64,000 bases of DNA, taken from an uncultured Planctomycetaceae bacterium (GTDB lineage: Bacteria > Planctomycetota > Phycisphaerae > UBA1845 > UTPLA1). Under the pieces are notes generated by a model that ran no database searches, was not told the DNA's origin, and worked only from the letters and a program-made list of their open reading frames with translations. Below, piece by piece: positions 17,574 to 26,600 of this stretch. The DNA is taken from NCBI GenBank assembly GCA_964605185.1, contig CAZSBF010000005.1:3625-67624 (forward strand), in the 5' to 3' direction. Both the position numbers and the translations under genes were made by a program. The first letter of the stretch is position 1; every line of letters starts with the position of its first letter.

Positions 17574-18905
17574 ATGCCGCCGCTCCTGCTTGATCTCATC
17601 TATCTCCCCGTCCTGTTGGGCTTCGTCCCCATTCTGTTATTCCAGCGGTTCGTCAAAGGAAAGAAGCGCGGCGGCTGGGCTCAGCGGTTTGGCTCGATCC
17701 CGTTTCAGCCGTCCGGCAGGTCCGTCATCTGGGTCCACGCCGTCTCGCTCGGCGAAGTCAACGCCACGCGATCCCTCGTCGCCGAAATCGAAAAACGCCT
17801 GCCCGATCATGATGTTGTCATTTCCACCACCACCGACACCGGGTACGTCGCCGCTTGTCAGCATTACAGCGCGAGCCGGGTCTTTCGTTATCCGTTGGAT
17901 TTCTCGTTCGTGGTCCGTCGGGTACTCGACCGGGTGCGACCCACTGCCATTGTGCTTATGGAATTGGAGGTCTGGCCGAACTTCATCGAGATCGCGGCGG
18001 CGCGCGGCATACCCATCGGTATCGCCAACGGCCGCGTGACCGAGGAAAAATCCATGCGTCGGTTTCGCACGCCGATCATCCGCGGCCTCGCGCGGCGAAT
18101 GTTCTCGCGGATGGCGTGGGTCGGCGCGCAGGACGAGGCCTACGCCGCCCGGTTCCGCGAACTGGGCGTCCCTGCCGATCGGGTACACGTGGCTGGAAAT
18201 CTCAAGTATGACACGGCAAGCGTGAGTGACTCCGCGCCCGGTGCAGCGGAATTGGCTGCGGCCATGGGAATCCGCTCCGACGCGCCGCTCATCGTCGCCG
18301 GCTCCACCGGGCCGGGCGAAGAAGAACTGGTGCTCGCGGCATATCGGGAAATCTTGAACCTCCACGCGACCGCGCAGCTCGCGATCATCCCACGAAAGCC
18401 CGAGCGATTCGACGACGTGGCACGGATGATCGAGTCCAGCGGATTCACCTGCATTCGTCGCAGTCAGTCTGATCAGAGCCGCGACCCCAATCCGAGCCGC
18501 GACCGTAAGGGAGCGGGTTCCGTGACAACGCCGGGCTCCATTGTCTTCCTTGGCGACACCATGGGCGAACTCCGAAGGTTCTATTCCCTCGCGTCCGCTG
18601 TGTTTGTGGGGCGAAGTCTCGTACCCATGGGCGGCTCCGATGTGATGGAGGTCGCCGGGCTGGGCCGGGCGATGTGCTTCGGACCGTACATGGAGAACTT
18701 CGCCGACGCGGCGGAGAAACTGCTTACTGCCGGCGCCGCCATGCAAGTGAACAATGCGGAGGATTTAGCCGCCGCGCTCTGTGAGCTGATCGCAAATCAG
18801 CAGCGTCGGAATCACATGGGGCGCGCAGCGCAGGAAGTGGTCCGCCAAAACGCAGGAGCGACGGCGCGAACCGTGGACCTGCTCGCGAATGCGATGCGCA
18901 GGTGA
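17574..18905 (+). CDS. waaA: 3-deoxy-D-manno-octulosonic acid (Kdo) transferase
   Basis: 443 aa. N-terminal TM helix, WVHAVSLGEVNATRSLV signature, later GGS-vEpaglG-type block (MGGSDVMEVAGLGRAMCFGP). Confidence 0.85.
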   Translation: MPPLLLDLIYLPVLLGFVPILLFQRFVKGKKRGGWAQRFGSIPFQPSGRSVIWVHAVSLGEVNATRSLVAEIEKRLPDHDVVISTTTDTGYVAACQHYSASRVFRYPLDFSFVVRRVLDRVRPTAIVLMELEVWPNFIEIAAARGIPIGIANGRVTEEKSMRRFRTPIIRGLARRMFSRMAWVGAQDEAYAARFRELGVPADRVHVAGNLKYDTASVSDSAPGAAELAAAMGIRSDAPLIVAGSTGPGEEELVLAAYREILNLHATAQLAIIPRKPERFDDVARMIESSGFTCIRRSQSDQSRDPNPSRDRKGAGSVTTPGSIVFLGDTMGELRRFYSLASAVFVGRSLVPMGGSDVMEVAGLGRAMCFGPYMENFADAAEKLLTAGAAMQVNNAEDLAAALCELIANQQRRNHMGRAAQEVVRQNAGATARTVDLLANAMRR

Positions 18906-18909
18906 AGTC

Positions 18910-19749
18910 TTAAGCCGCTGGGTGCCAGCCAGCATCGACCCACAGTGAACCGCTCACCGCACTGTTCCGCAGCATGAAGCAAATCGCGTCGGCCACTTCA
19001 TCGGGGCGGAGCAATCGGCGAAGCTGCGTCTGCGGCAGGATGTGGTTCTTCACCATGTCCGTGCCCAGGGCCTGCACCATCGGCGTGTCGGTGTAGCCGG
19101 GGTGGATGATGCTGCACCGCATGCCATAGAAAATGGCCTCGGTCGCCAGCGTGGCCTGTGCGCCCTCAAGCCCCTTCTTGGCGGTCGCATACGAAATCTG
19201 CCCGCGATTGCCGGCCGATGAGACCGATCCGATGAACACGATCGCGCCCTGCGTTCGCTCGGCGGGTTCCCAGCGCCCCAGTCCGCGACGCGCCCGATCC
19301 TCGGCAACGGTCGCCACGGCTTCCATCGCCCACATGATCGGGGCGATAAGGTTAATCGCGAAAACATCTTCCAGGTCTTTGCGCGAGTAGACCTCGGCAC
19401 GACCTGTGTCCTTATTGACCTTCACAGAAAGGCGATCGCGCGTGATGCCCGCGGCCGGCACGCAAATCTGCACAGCACCGAAGCGCATCTTCAAATCGCG
19501 ATAGACCTCCTGCCGAAAGCCATCGCTGGTCACGTCGCCGGTGTACGGGAACATGATCTCCCGACCGGCGGCGCGGTTCATATTGGCACAAAGATCGGCA
19601 ATCCCCGCGCTTCGGTCCACGGCGCCGATCGCGTGGATGCCCTGTCGAATCATCGCTTCGCACGTCGCTCGACCGATGCCGCTGGCGGCTCCGGTGATGA
19701 CGGCGGTTTTTCCGGTGAAATCCATGACGAACCCCACTTTCTCTTTCAC
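18910..19749 (-). CDS. SDR family oxidoreductase, probable acetoacetyl-CoA reductase (PhaB-like)
   Basis: TGAASGIGRAT Rossmann motif. YATAKKG (Y-x3-K) catalytic motif. Lies directly downstream of phaC in the same orientation. The start could also be ATG 19725 (MDFTGK). Confidence 0.8.
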   Translation of the reverse strand: MKEKVGFVMDFTGKTAVITGAASGIGRATCEAMIRQGIHAIGAVDRSAGIADLCANMNRAAGREIMFPYTGDVTSDGFRQEVYRDLKMRFGAVQICVPAAGITRDRLSVKVNKDTGRAEVYSRKDLEDVFAINLIAPIMWAMEAVATVAEDRARRGLGRWEPAERTQGAIVFIGSVSSAGNRGQISYATAKKGLEGAQATLATEAIFYGMRCSIIHPGYTDTPMVQALGTDMVKNHILPQTQLRRLLRPDEVADAICFMLRNSAVSGSLWVDAGWHPAA

Positions 19750-19788
19750 ACCCGGCGCTCGGCCGTGGCGCGGTTCCCTGGGGAATGA

Positions 19789-20898
19789 TCAGTCCTCGAT
19801 CGAGTCGGATCGCTTGGCCAACCATTCACAGACTTTGGGCCACAGTTCCTTCTGGGCCTTCGTGCCGACCGACAGGCCGATGTGGCCCGCCGGGAAGTTA
19901 ATCGCCTGGCGATCCTTCGAACCGACGAGGTCATTAAACGGCGCGCTCTGTCCACAGGGGACAAGATGGTCGCCGCTGGCCATAAGGTTAAGAATCGGGC
20001 AGGTGATGTTTTCGAGCTTGATGAGTTTGTTGCCGAGGCGGACCTTGCCCTGCACGAGCAGGTTCTTCTGGAAGCAGTCCTTCACGAACTGGCGGAAAGT
20101 CTCGCCGGCGATCGGAATGTTGTCGTTGACCCACGTCTCCATGGCGAAGAAGTCCTCGAGGAACTTCTCATCCGTCATCTTGTCGTAGAAGCCTATGTAT
20201 TTTTCCATCAGATTTGAGACGGGCTTGAGCAGGGCGAACGAGCCTTGCAACCACTGCGGCGGGGCATTGCCGAAGGTGTCAACGACCTTATCGACGTCGA
20301 ACCACTTCTCGTCGCTCCACGTGCAGAGCAGGCTGCTGCGATCCGACCAATCGATCGGAGCGGCCATGAGGATGAAGTTCTTGATCAGCTCGGGGTGCAG
20401 GCTGGTGTACATGGCGCTCATGGTGCCGCCCATGCAATAGCCCAGCAGCGAGACCTGATCCTCGCCGGTGTAATCGCGCACGTGATTGACCACGTTGTGC
20501 ATGTAGCGCTCGACATAGTGGCTTAGCGTCAGGTGACGGTCCGTGTCCGTCGGCACACCCCAGTCGATCATGAATACATCAAAGCCGGCCTTGAGGAACT
20601 GCTGCACAACGCTCTTATGCGGGAGCAGATCGAGGATATACGGCCGATTGACGAGGGCGAAGACCATGATCAGCGGCGTGCGATGGGCCTTGGGCACGTC
20701 GGACTGATAGTGAAGTACCTTGAGCTTGTCCTCCTGGTAGGACACGTCGCGCGGCGTCGCGCCGACGCGGACCTTGGAGGCAATTTCCATGACCTTCGGC
20801 ATGGCGGCCATGCGCTCGCGAAAACCTTCAAAGTCAGGAATGAAGGCCTGCTGCGGCACTTGGAAAGCGGCGAATGGGTTTTGCGGAAAAGTGCTCAT
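19789..20898 (-). CDS. phaC: poly(R)-hydroxyalkanoate synthase, class III/IV-type PhaC subunit
   Basis: 369 aa (short-class PhaC size). Lipase-box-like GYCMGG with the catalytic Cys. alpha/beta-hydrolase blocks IMVFALVNRPYILDL and DHLVP. Confidence 0.9.
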   Translation of the reverse strand: MSTFPQNPFAAFQVPQQAFIPDFEGFRERMAAMPKVMEIASKVRVGATPRDVSYQEDKLKVLHYQSDVPKAHRTPLIMVFALVNRPYILDLLPHKSVVQQFLKAGFDVFMIDWGVPTDTDRHLTLSHYVERYMHNVVNHVRDYTGEDQVSLLGYCMGGTMSAMYTSLHPELIKNFILMAAPIDWSDRSSLLCTWSDEKWFDVDKVVDTFGNAPPQWLQGSFALLKPVSNLMEKYIGFYDKMTDEKFLEDFFAMETWVNDNIPIAGETFRQFVKDCFQKNLLVQGKVRLGNKLIKLENITCPILNLMASGDHLVPCGQSAPFNDLVGSKDRQAINFPAGHIGLSVGTKAQKELWPKVCEWLAKRSDSIED

Positions 20899-20913
20899 GC
20901 GATCCTTTACTGA

Positions 20914-21441
20914 TTATTTCCTGCGCTTGGCGGGTTTGCCGCGACCGGACGGGCGCGTTGCCCGGCTCGCCCCGGCATCGCGCTTCGCCCGTCGCGGACC
21001 TTCCACCGCTGCGGCGCCTTGATTGACTCGTCGTTCCAGCGCGTCGAGCCTGTCGAGGACGCGCTCTTCAATTTTGAGAAGGGTGCCGGCCAGATCATCA
21101 ATATCGGCACGGGCCGGCGCCTGCATGCCCTTCTGGGCCTGGCCGAGGAACTGGTCGAGCTGCTGCTTGAAGGCCAGCGACTTGTCCATGGTCTGCTTCA
21201 TCATGGTCAGGAACTGCTCGGATCGCATGTAATCCTCGCAATACTTCGCCATGGCGTCGAAGAAGACGCGCTGCATCTGCTTGATCATTTCGTTGGAGGC
21301 AGCCGGTGAGGGCGTCGCCATGCGTGCGGCCTCAGCTGGGGCGCCCATGCGGCCGAAGAAATCCGTCCAGAACTGGGAGAACGGGTCGGTGTTGGTTGCG
21401 CCGTTGTTGTTCGACACGATGCCGGGCTCCTTACGCCACAT
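20914..21441 (-). CDS. PhaE/PhaR-like PHA synthase accessory subunit (175 aa)
   Basis: Lies 15 nt upstream of phaC in the same strand. C-terminal coiled block ARADIDDLAGTLLKIEERVLDRLDALERRV resembles the conserved PhaE / class IV PhaR C-terminal motif. Basic tail. Confidence 0.55.
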   Translation of the reverse strand: MWRKEPGIVSNNNGATNTDPFSQFWTDFFGRMGAPAEAARMATPSPAASNEMIKQMQRVFFDAMAKYCEDYMRSEQFLTMMKQTMDKSLAFKQQLDQFLGQAQKGMQAPARADIDDLAGTLLKIEERVLDRLDALERRVNQGAAAVEGPRRAKRDAGASRATRPSGRGKPAKRRK

Positions 21442-21450
21442 GGGCGCAAA

Positions 21451-21496
21451 ACATAAGAAAGGCCACGAGAGCGGTTTGTGGGCCGCTCCCGTGGCC
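21451..21496 (-). terminator. rho-independent terminator downstream of the phasin gene
   Basis: 14-bp stem with one mismatch (GGCCACGAGAGCGG / CCGCTCCCGTGGCC), 8-nt loop. On the minus strand it is followed by TTTCTTATGTTTTG. Confidence 0.6.
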
Positions 21497-21603
21497 TGGG
21501 GGGTGGATCAACGGGATAAACGATCGTGGCGTCTCATGTTGACCGCCGCTTTCTGATTGTTCTGGCTCGAATCACGCCGCACGACGCGACGCGGATCCGG
21601 GTA

Positions 21604-22077
21604 TTACTTGACGGCCTTCTTCTCGGTGAGGGTCATCGCCTTGCTGAAGAAGTTCGACCAGTTCTCGATGGTCTGGGCGTTCGTTCGCGAGGCGGTCTCG
21701 ATGTTGCTTCGCATGGCTTCAAACGCGCCCTGCCAGAGATCGCGAGCCTGGGTAAAGGCATCGTTCTTGCTGTTGCCGTTCTCGGTGACCGCGAAGGACT
21801 TGCGGATCACTTCGAGGCCGGTCTTGCAGCCTTCGTCGAAGAAGCGCTGAGTCTGCTCGGTGTTCTTGCGAACGAGATTGATGGAATCGGTGGCGAGGGT
21901 CTCGACCCGATTCTTGACATCGCCAAAGTTCTCGCCGCGACCGAACATCTCGGTCATGGTCTTGAAGGCGTCATTCTGAAACTTCATGCCGGTGTCAAAG
22001 GCGGTCTTGAAGTTGTCATTGGCCTGCTTGAAGAATTCGGTGGTTTCTGCCTTGTTGTGTTCGACGGTCTGGTTCAT
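21604..22077 (-). CDS. phasin-family PHA granule protein
   Basis: 157 aa, all-helical and Cys-poor, with repeated F/N/T-rich amphipathic segments (FFKQANDNFKTAFDTGMKFQNDAFKTM). Lies between phaR and the phaE-like gene. Has its own terminator hairpin. Confidence 0.65.
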   Translation of the reverse strand: MNQTVEHNKAETTEFFKQANDNFKTAFDTGMKFQNDAFKTMTEMFGRGENFGDVKNRVETLATDSINLVRKNTEQTQRFFDEGCKTGLEVIRKSFAVTENGNSKNDAFTQARDLWQGAFEAMRSNIETASRTNAQTIENWSNFFSKAMTLTEKKAVK

Positions 22078-22166
22078 GGCGGTTGCCCTTTCGAAAAAAA
22101 ACGTTGTGTCGCACCCCGTTACGTCCTGTTAAACTATATCGGCAGAATGGGCAGTGTGCAAGAACT

Positions 22167-22184
22167 TTTTGTGCGTTTGCACAA
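22167..22184. promoter_or_regulatory. candidate PhaR operator in the divergent phasin-phaR intergenic region
   Basis: Palindrome TTGTGC-GTTT-GCACAA (22169-22184) overlaps TTTTGTGCGT (22167-22176). The same 10-mer recurs at 22265-22274, just upstream of the phaR start. Confidence 0.4.
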
Positions 22185-22264
22185 GAAATTTTGTAAGCCA
22201 TAAGTCTATGCATCACAGCATGTTACAAAGATTGACGGATCGGCGTTTGGCAAAAGCGCTACGA

Positions 22265-22274
22265 TTTTGTGCGT
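22265..22274. promoter_or_regulatory. second copy of the TTTTGTGCGT motif upstream of phaR
   Basis: Exact 10-nt direct repeat of 22167-22176, 33 nt before the phaR ATG. Confidence 0.3.
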
Positions 22275-22306
22275 CGGCATCCGGCCGGCGGGGAGCCTGA
22301 ACAACC

Positions 22307-22915
22307 ATGGCGACGACCGGCGAGCAGCCCGAAATCCTCGAAATCAAGAAATACCCCAACCGACGGTTCTACGACGTGACCCGCAGCCGCCACGCCACCC
22401 TCAACGACCTGCACGAGCTGGTCCAGGCCGGCCGCCAGATTCGCGTCATCGACAGCAAGACCGGCCACGACATCACCAACATCGTGCTGACGCAGATCAT
22501 CTTGGAGCACGACCCGCCCAAGCTGGACCTCTTCCCCGCCAGCCTGCTGCATCAGGCCATCCAGGCGAACGAGCAGATGGTCCGCAAATTCGTGGACACC
22601 TACTTCGCGCAGGCCGTCGATGCGTTCAGTCACTCGCGCAAGCAATTCGAGGAGTTCCTAAAGAAGTCGGGCTTCAGCGCGCTGGCCCCGACGGCGCCAT
22701 TTGACTGGGTGCGCATGCTTTTCCCCGGCATGAACGGAAGCGCCGTCGGCCCGATCCCGGGCATGGGTAGCATGATGCCTCCGCCTCCGCCGCCCCCGGC
22801 AACAAACGACGACGGCGTCGACGCGCTGCGCGAGCAGGTTGCACGACTCAGCGCGGAACTGGAGGCGCTGCGAGAATCACCGCGGGCGGCGAAGAAAGCG
22901 CGGCAGAAGAAATAG
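22307..22915 (+). CDS. phaR: polyhydroxyalkanoate synthesis repressor PhaR
   Basis: IKKYPNRRFYDVTRSRHATLNDLHELVQAGRQIRVIDSKTGHDITNIVLTQIILEHD is the canonical PHB/PHA accumulation regulator DNA-binding domain. Confidence 0.9.
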   Translation: MATTGEQPEILEIKKYPNRRFYDVTRSRHATLNDLHELVQAGRQIRVIDSKTGHDITNIVLTQIILEHDPPKLDLFPASLLHQAIQANEQMVRKFVDTYFAQAVDAFSHSRKQFEEFLKKSGFSALAPTAPFDWVRMLFPGMNGSAVGPIPGMGSMMPPPPPPPATNDDGVDALREQVARLSAELEALRESPRAAKKARQKK

Positions 22916-22924
22916 AGACTGCGA

Positions 22925-23569
22925 ATGGACTCCAGACGCGTACGCGAGTCCGAGCTATCCGGATCGCGCGACATTGCCATAAAGTGCTTTGTGCTTGGAC
23001 TGTTCCTATCGCCAATAGCGGCTGTCATTATTGCCATTCTCGTGTGGTTCGCTGATCAATACGGCATTGACGACGGGAAGTACATCGTCCTGTTCTCTAT
23101 TTGCACGTACTGCGTTATCTACTTTGGCGTCCCTTGGAGCTTATTAAAGGAGTATCACTTTCATTTGCGTACACGAAGACTCGCGCTACTCGCGGCGTTT
23201 GCATATACCATCGGCTTTCATGGGTGCCCAGCTGGCGGCACGCTTATTACTCACGATAAATATGCATTGTTCTTGGACAGCCTGCTCCTGTTGATGCGAA
23301 TTGCTGTTAGTCTCGTTGTTTACACGGCAGTTACATGGGGCTTCGCAATCTTCGTGTGCAATCGCTTCGCCAAGAGGTGTCCTGTGCTGATCAGTTACTG
23401 GCCTCCTAAATGCAAATGCTGCGGGTACGACTTGATTGGCAACCAGTCGCAGACATGTCCCGAATGCGGTGAAGTTTTCTCCTACGATGAGTTCGGTATG
23501 ACCGAAACCGAGTTTCGTGATCTACAAAAACTCACAAGACCTGTCACTCCCGACATCACCAATCGTTGA
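22925..23569 (+). CDS. polytopic membrane protein with C-terminal CxxC-GYDL-CPECG zinc ribbon
   Basis: 4-5 hydrophobic helices, then CKCCGYDLIGNQSQTCPECGEVF. Visibly lower GC. Starts 9 nt after the phaR stop. Confidence 0.6.
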   Translation: MDSRRVRESELSGSRDIAIKCFVLGLFLSPIAAVIIAILVWFADQYGIDDGKYIVLFSICTYCVIYFGVPWSLLKEYHFHLRTRRLALLAAFAYTIGFHGCPAGGTLITHDKYALFLDSLLLLMRIAVSLVVYTAVTWGFAIFVCNRFAKRCPVLISYWPPKCKCCGYDLIGNQSQTCPECGEVFSYDEFGMTETEFRDLQKLTRPVTPDITNR

Positions 23570-23678
23570 CGGAGGTGGTGCCGCGAGCCGAATTCTCACT
23601 CGCAGAATCACACACGAGGACCACCGCACGGCCCGCGGGCTTGCGCTGGCGGCTCGGATTTTCGCAATCGCACATGGC

Positions 23679-26600
23679 CTACTGCGCCACACCCTTCCCG
23701 TGACACTGCTTGTATTTCTTTCCACTGCCGCATGGGCACGGATCGTTTCGACCCACCTTCGGCTGGTCGCGGCGGATCGTCTCAATCTTTTGCTCCGCGC
23801 CCTGCGCCTGCATCGCCGCGCTGCGATCCTTATCGACCTGTCCGGAGAAGCCAAGATTCGTGCTCTCGGCATGTCGCGCTGCGCCGATGTTGTACCGGCT
23901 GCGCTGCTCCGCATCGTCGGCCAACCTCGCCTTGAAGATGATCCCGGTCAGCTTGTCCTGAATGCCGCCCATCATCTCCTGGAACATCTGGAAGCCTTCG
24001 CGCTTGTAGGCGATCTTCGGATCTTGATCGCCGCCGAAGTGGCGCAGGCCGATGGCATCCTTCAGCATGTCGATGGCGTGCATGTGTTCCTTCCACGCCT
24101 GATCGTAGAGTTGCAACAGAACGTAGCGCTCCAGCATGGTGAGTTCGCGGCGAATCAATTCCCGCCCGAAACCGAGCAGTGCTTCGCGCCGATCCGCGGC
24201 CTGTTCATACGCAGCGTCGTTAAACGCCGGGCCGAATCGCTGCCGCGCCCATTCCGCCGCGTCGCCGCCCGACTTGAGCGCCGCGTCGACCTCTGATTCC
24301 AGTCGCCCGTTCGACGCGAATTCGCGGCCGATGGCGATTAGCTCATCAGCGACCTCATGAATCGGCCGTCCGGCAATCTTCTCCGGCGTCCAACCGAGGT
24401 TGAATTTGAAGTTGACCCATTGCACGAGGTGCTCGGCGGCCGCCGTCGGGTCGACGTCTTCGCGCAGCACCGTGCGTTCCATGATCCACTCGATGGGGTA
24501 GCGGGCCTCGCGCTCTTTGTACGCGCGTTGAACGGCATTCCGCAGATGGGCGAGCGCATCGCGTTCCGGCAGTCGTCGAAACTCCTCGGGATTCAGTTCG
24601 ACGCCAAACTTCTGATGTGCCCACGCAATGACCGCATTCTTGCCGAAGTCAGGGTCCATGAACCGCTCGATCGGCGAAAGGTCCTCGTTGTCGATCTTCT
24701 TCTCGGCGGCCTCATTGAGAATTTGCGAGATTTCGTCTGGCCCCATCTTTTGCAGTTGATTCTGGGTGATGGTCGCGCCGAATCGCGTCTCTGCCCATCG
24801 CGCCAAACCGCGAAGATCCCACTGCTTCGGGTCCATGTCCGGGTCGAGATATTCGCCGACCGTCATGGTGATTTGGTTGTGTGCCTCTTCGCGAGCCTCG
24901 TTGCGAATGTAATTCTCCGCCGCCGGCAGGCTGTGCATGTCGATGTTCTTGGGGTCGACGTTCACCTCCAGCGTGTTGCGAACCCACTCGGCCGCGCACT
25001 GCGCCGAATAATCCGACGCGAGAAACTTCTCGCCCGCCGCGTCGATCGTCGCATCGATCATGGTGTTAATACGCTCGATGAGCGGGCCTGCCCGGCCGGG
25101 CTGCCCTGCTTCGAGGAGTTGTTGCCGTTGACCGTAGAACACCTGCCGCTGGTGATCCATGACCTCGTCATATTCGAGAAGGTGCTTGCGGATGGAGAAG
25201 TTCCGCTCTTCCACCTTCTTCTGCGCACGCTCGATACCTTTGTTGATGCTCTTGGCTTCGATGGCCATGCCTTCCTCGAAGCCCATGCGCTCCAGCATCT
25301 TCAGCGTCCACTCGCCCATGAACATCTTCATCAGGTCGTCGCCGAGCGAGAGGAAAAACCGGCTCGAACCGGGGTCGCCCTGGCGTCCCGATCGCCCGCG
25401 AAGCTGGTTGTCGATTCGGCGCGACTCATGCCGCTCGGTGCCGATGATGTGCAAACCACAGGGCACAGTGTGCGGGCAGACCCTTCGACCCAATTCCGGG
25501 AATCGCGGATCGACCTTCGGCTTCCAGCAATGCGCGCAATTCGTCTTCGGGTCGTAATCCGGGCAGTTAATGCAGCACTTCGTACCGATCACGCCCTTTT
25601 CGTGCCACGCAAACTTCCGCCCATCGCTTCCCTCAGGCGGGCCGAGATCGCCGACACACTTCTCATACACCACGCCCAGTTGCAGCTTGATATCCGTGCC
25701 GCGCCCGGCCATGTTGGTCGCAATGGTCACGTTGCCGCGCAAATCGGTGTTCTTGCCCTTGCCCTCCTCGTGCCGCTCGCCGGCCTTTTTCACGATGTCC
25801 GCTTCGCGGGCATGTTGCTTGGCGTTGAGCACCTCATGCTGAATGCCGTACTTCCGCGTGAGCAGGTTGGAGAGCTTCTCGGAGTTCTCGATCGACACCG
25901 TACCGACCAGCACCGGCCGACCGCGCGCCAAATCGCCCATCGCGTCGTCATAGGCCTCCGGCATCAGATCGCCGTTTCCATCACCGCCCTTGAACTCGGC
26001 CAACGCCCGTTCGATCAACTCCGTGGAGCGCCCCAGCTTCGCCATGATGGGCTTGAGGTTCTTCAGCACCGGCTCCAATACGAATGCATCGCTGGTGCGG
26101 CCTTTCGTGTGGATGTCGTGGATTTCTTCAACAATGGCGTTGTACTTGTCGTCCACCGTCTTGTAGATGCGGTCGTGAAAATCCTGCCGATTAACCGGCC
26201 GGTTCGTCGGCACTGAGACGACGTCCAGCTTGTAAATCTTCATGAACTCGTCGGCCTCGGTCATGGCCGTTCCGGTCATGCCGGCGATGCGTTCATAGAG
26301 CTTGAAGAAGTTCTGCAGCGTGATCGTGGCCAGCGTCTGCGACTCCTCCTTGACCTTCACACGCTCCTTCGCCTCGACCGCCTGGTGCAGACCATCCGAC
26401 CACTGCCGGCCGTGCATGAGTCGGCCGGTGAACGAGTCGACGATGATGATTTCGCCATCCTTGACGACATATTCCACGTCTTTTTCGTAGGTGACGTGGG
26501 CCTTCACACTATTCTCGATCAGGTGCGGCCACTCCATATTCGCCCCGACGAAGAGCGAGCCGACGCCGAGTTGCTCCTGCGCAACGGTGATGCCTTCATG

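Noticed and set aside
24357-26216. 619-aa ORF on the plus strand
   Set aside because: It lies entirely antisense to secA, whose reading is unambiguous. It has Arg/Leu/His-rich, low-complexity composition typical of shadow ORFs in high-GC DNA.
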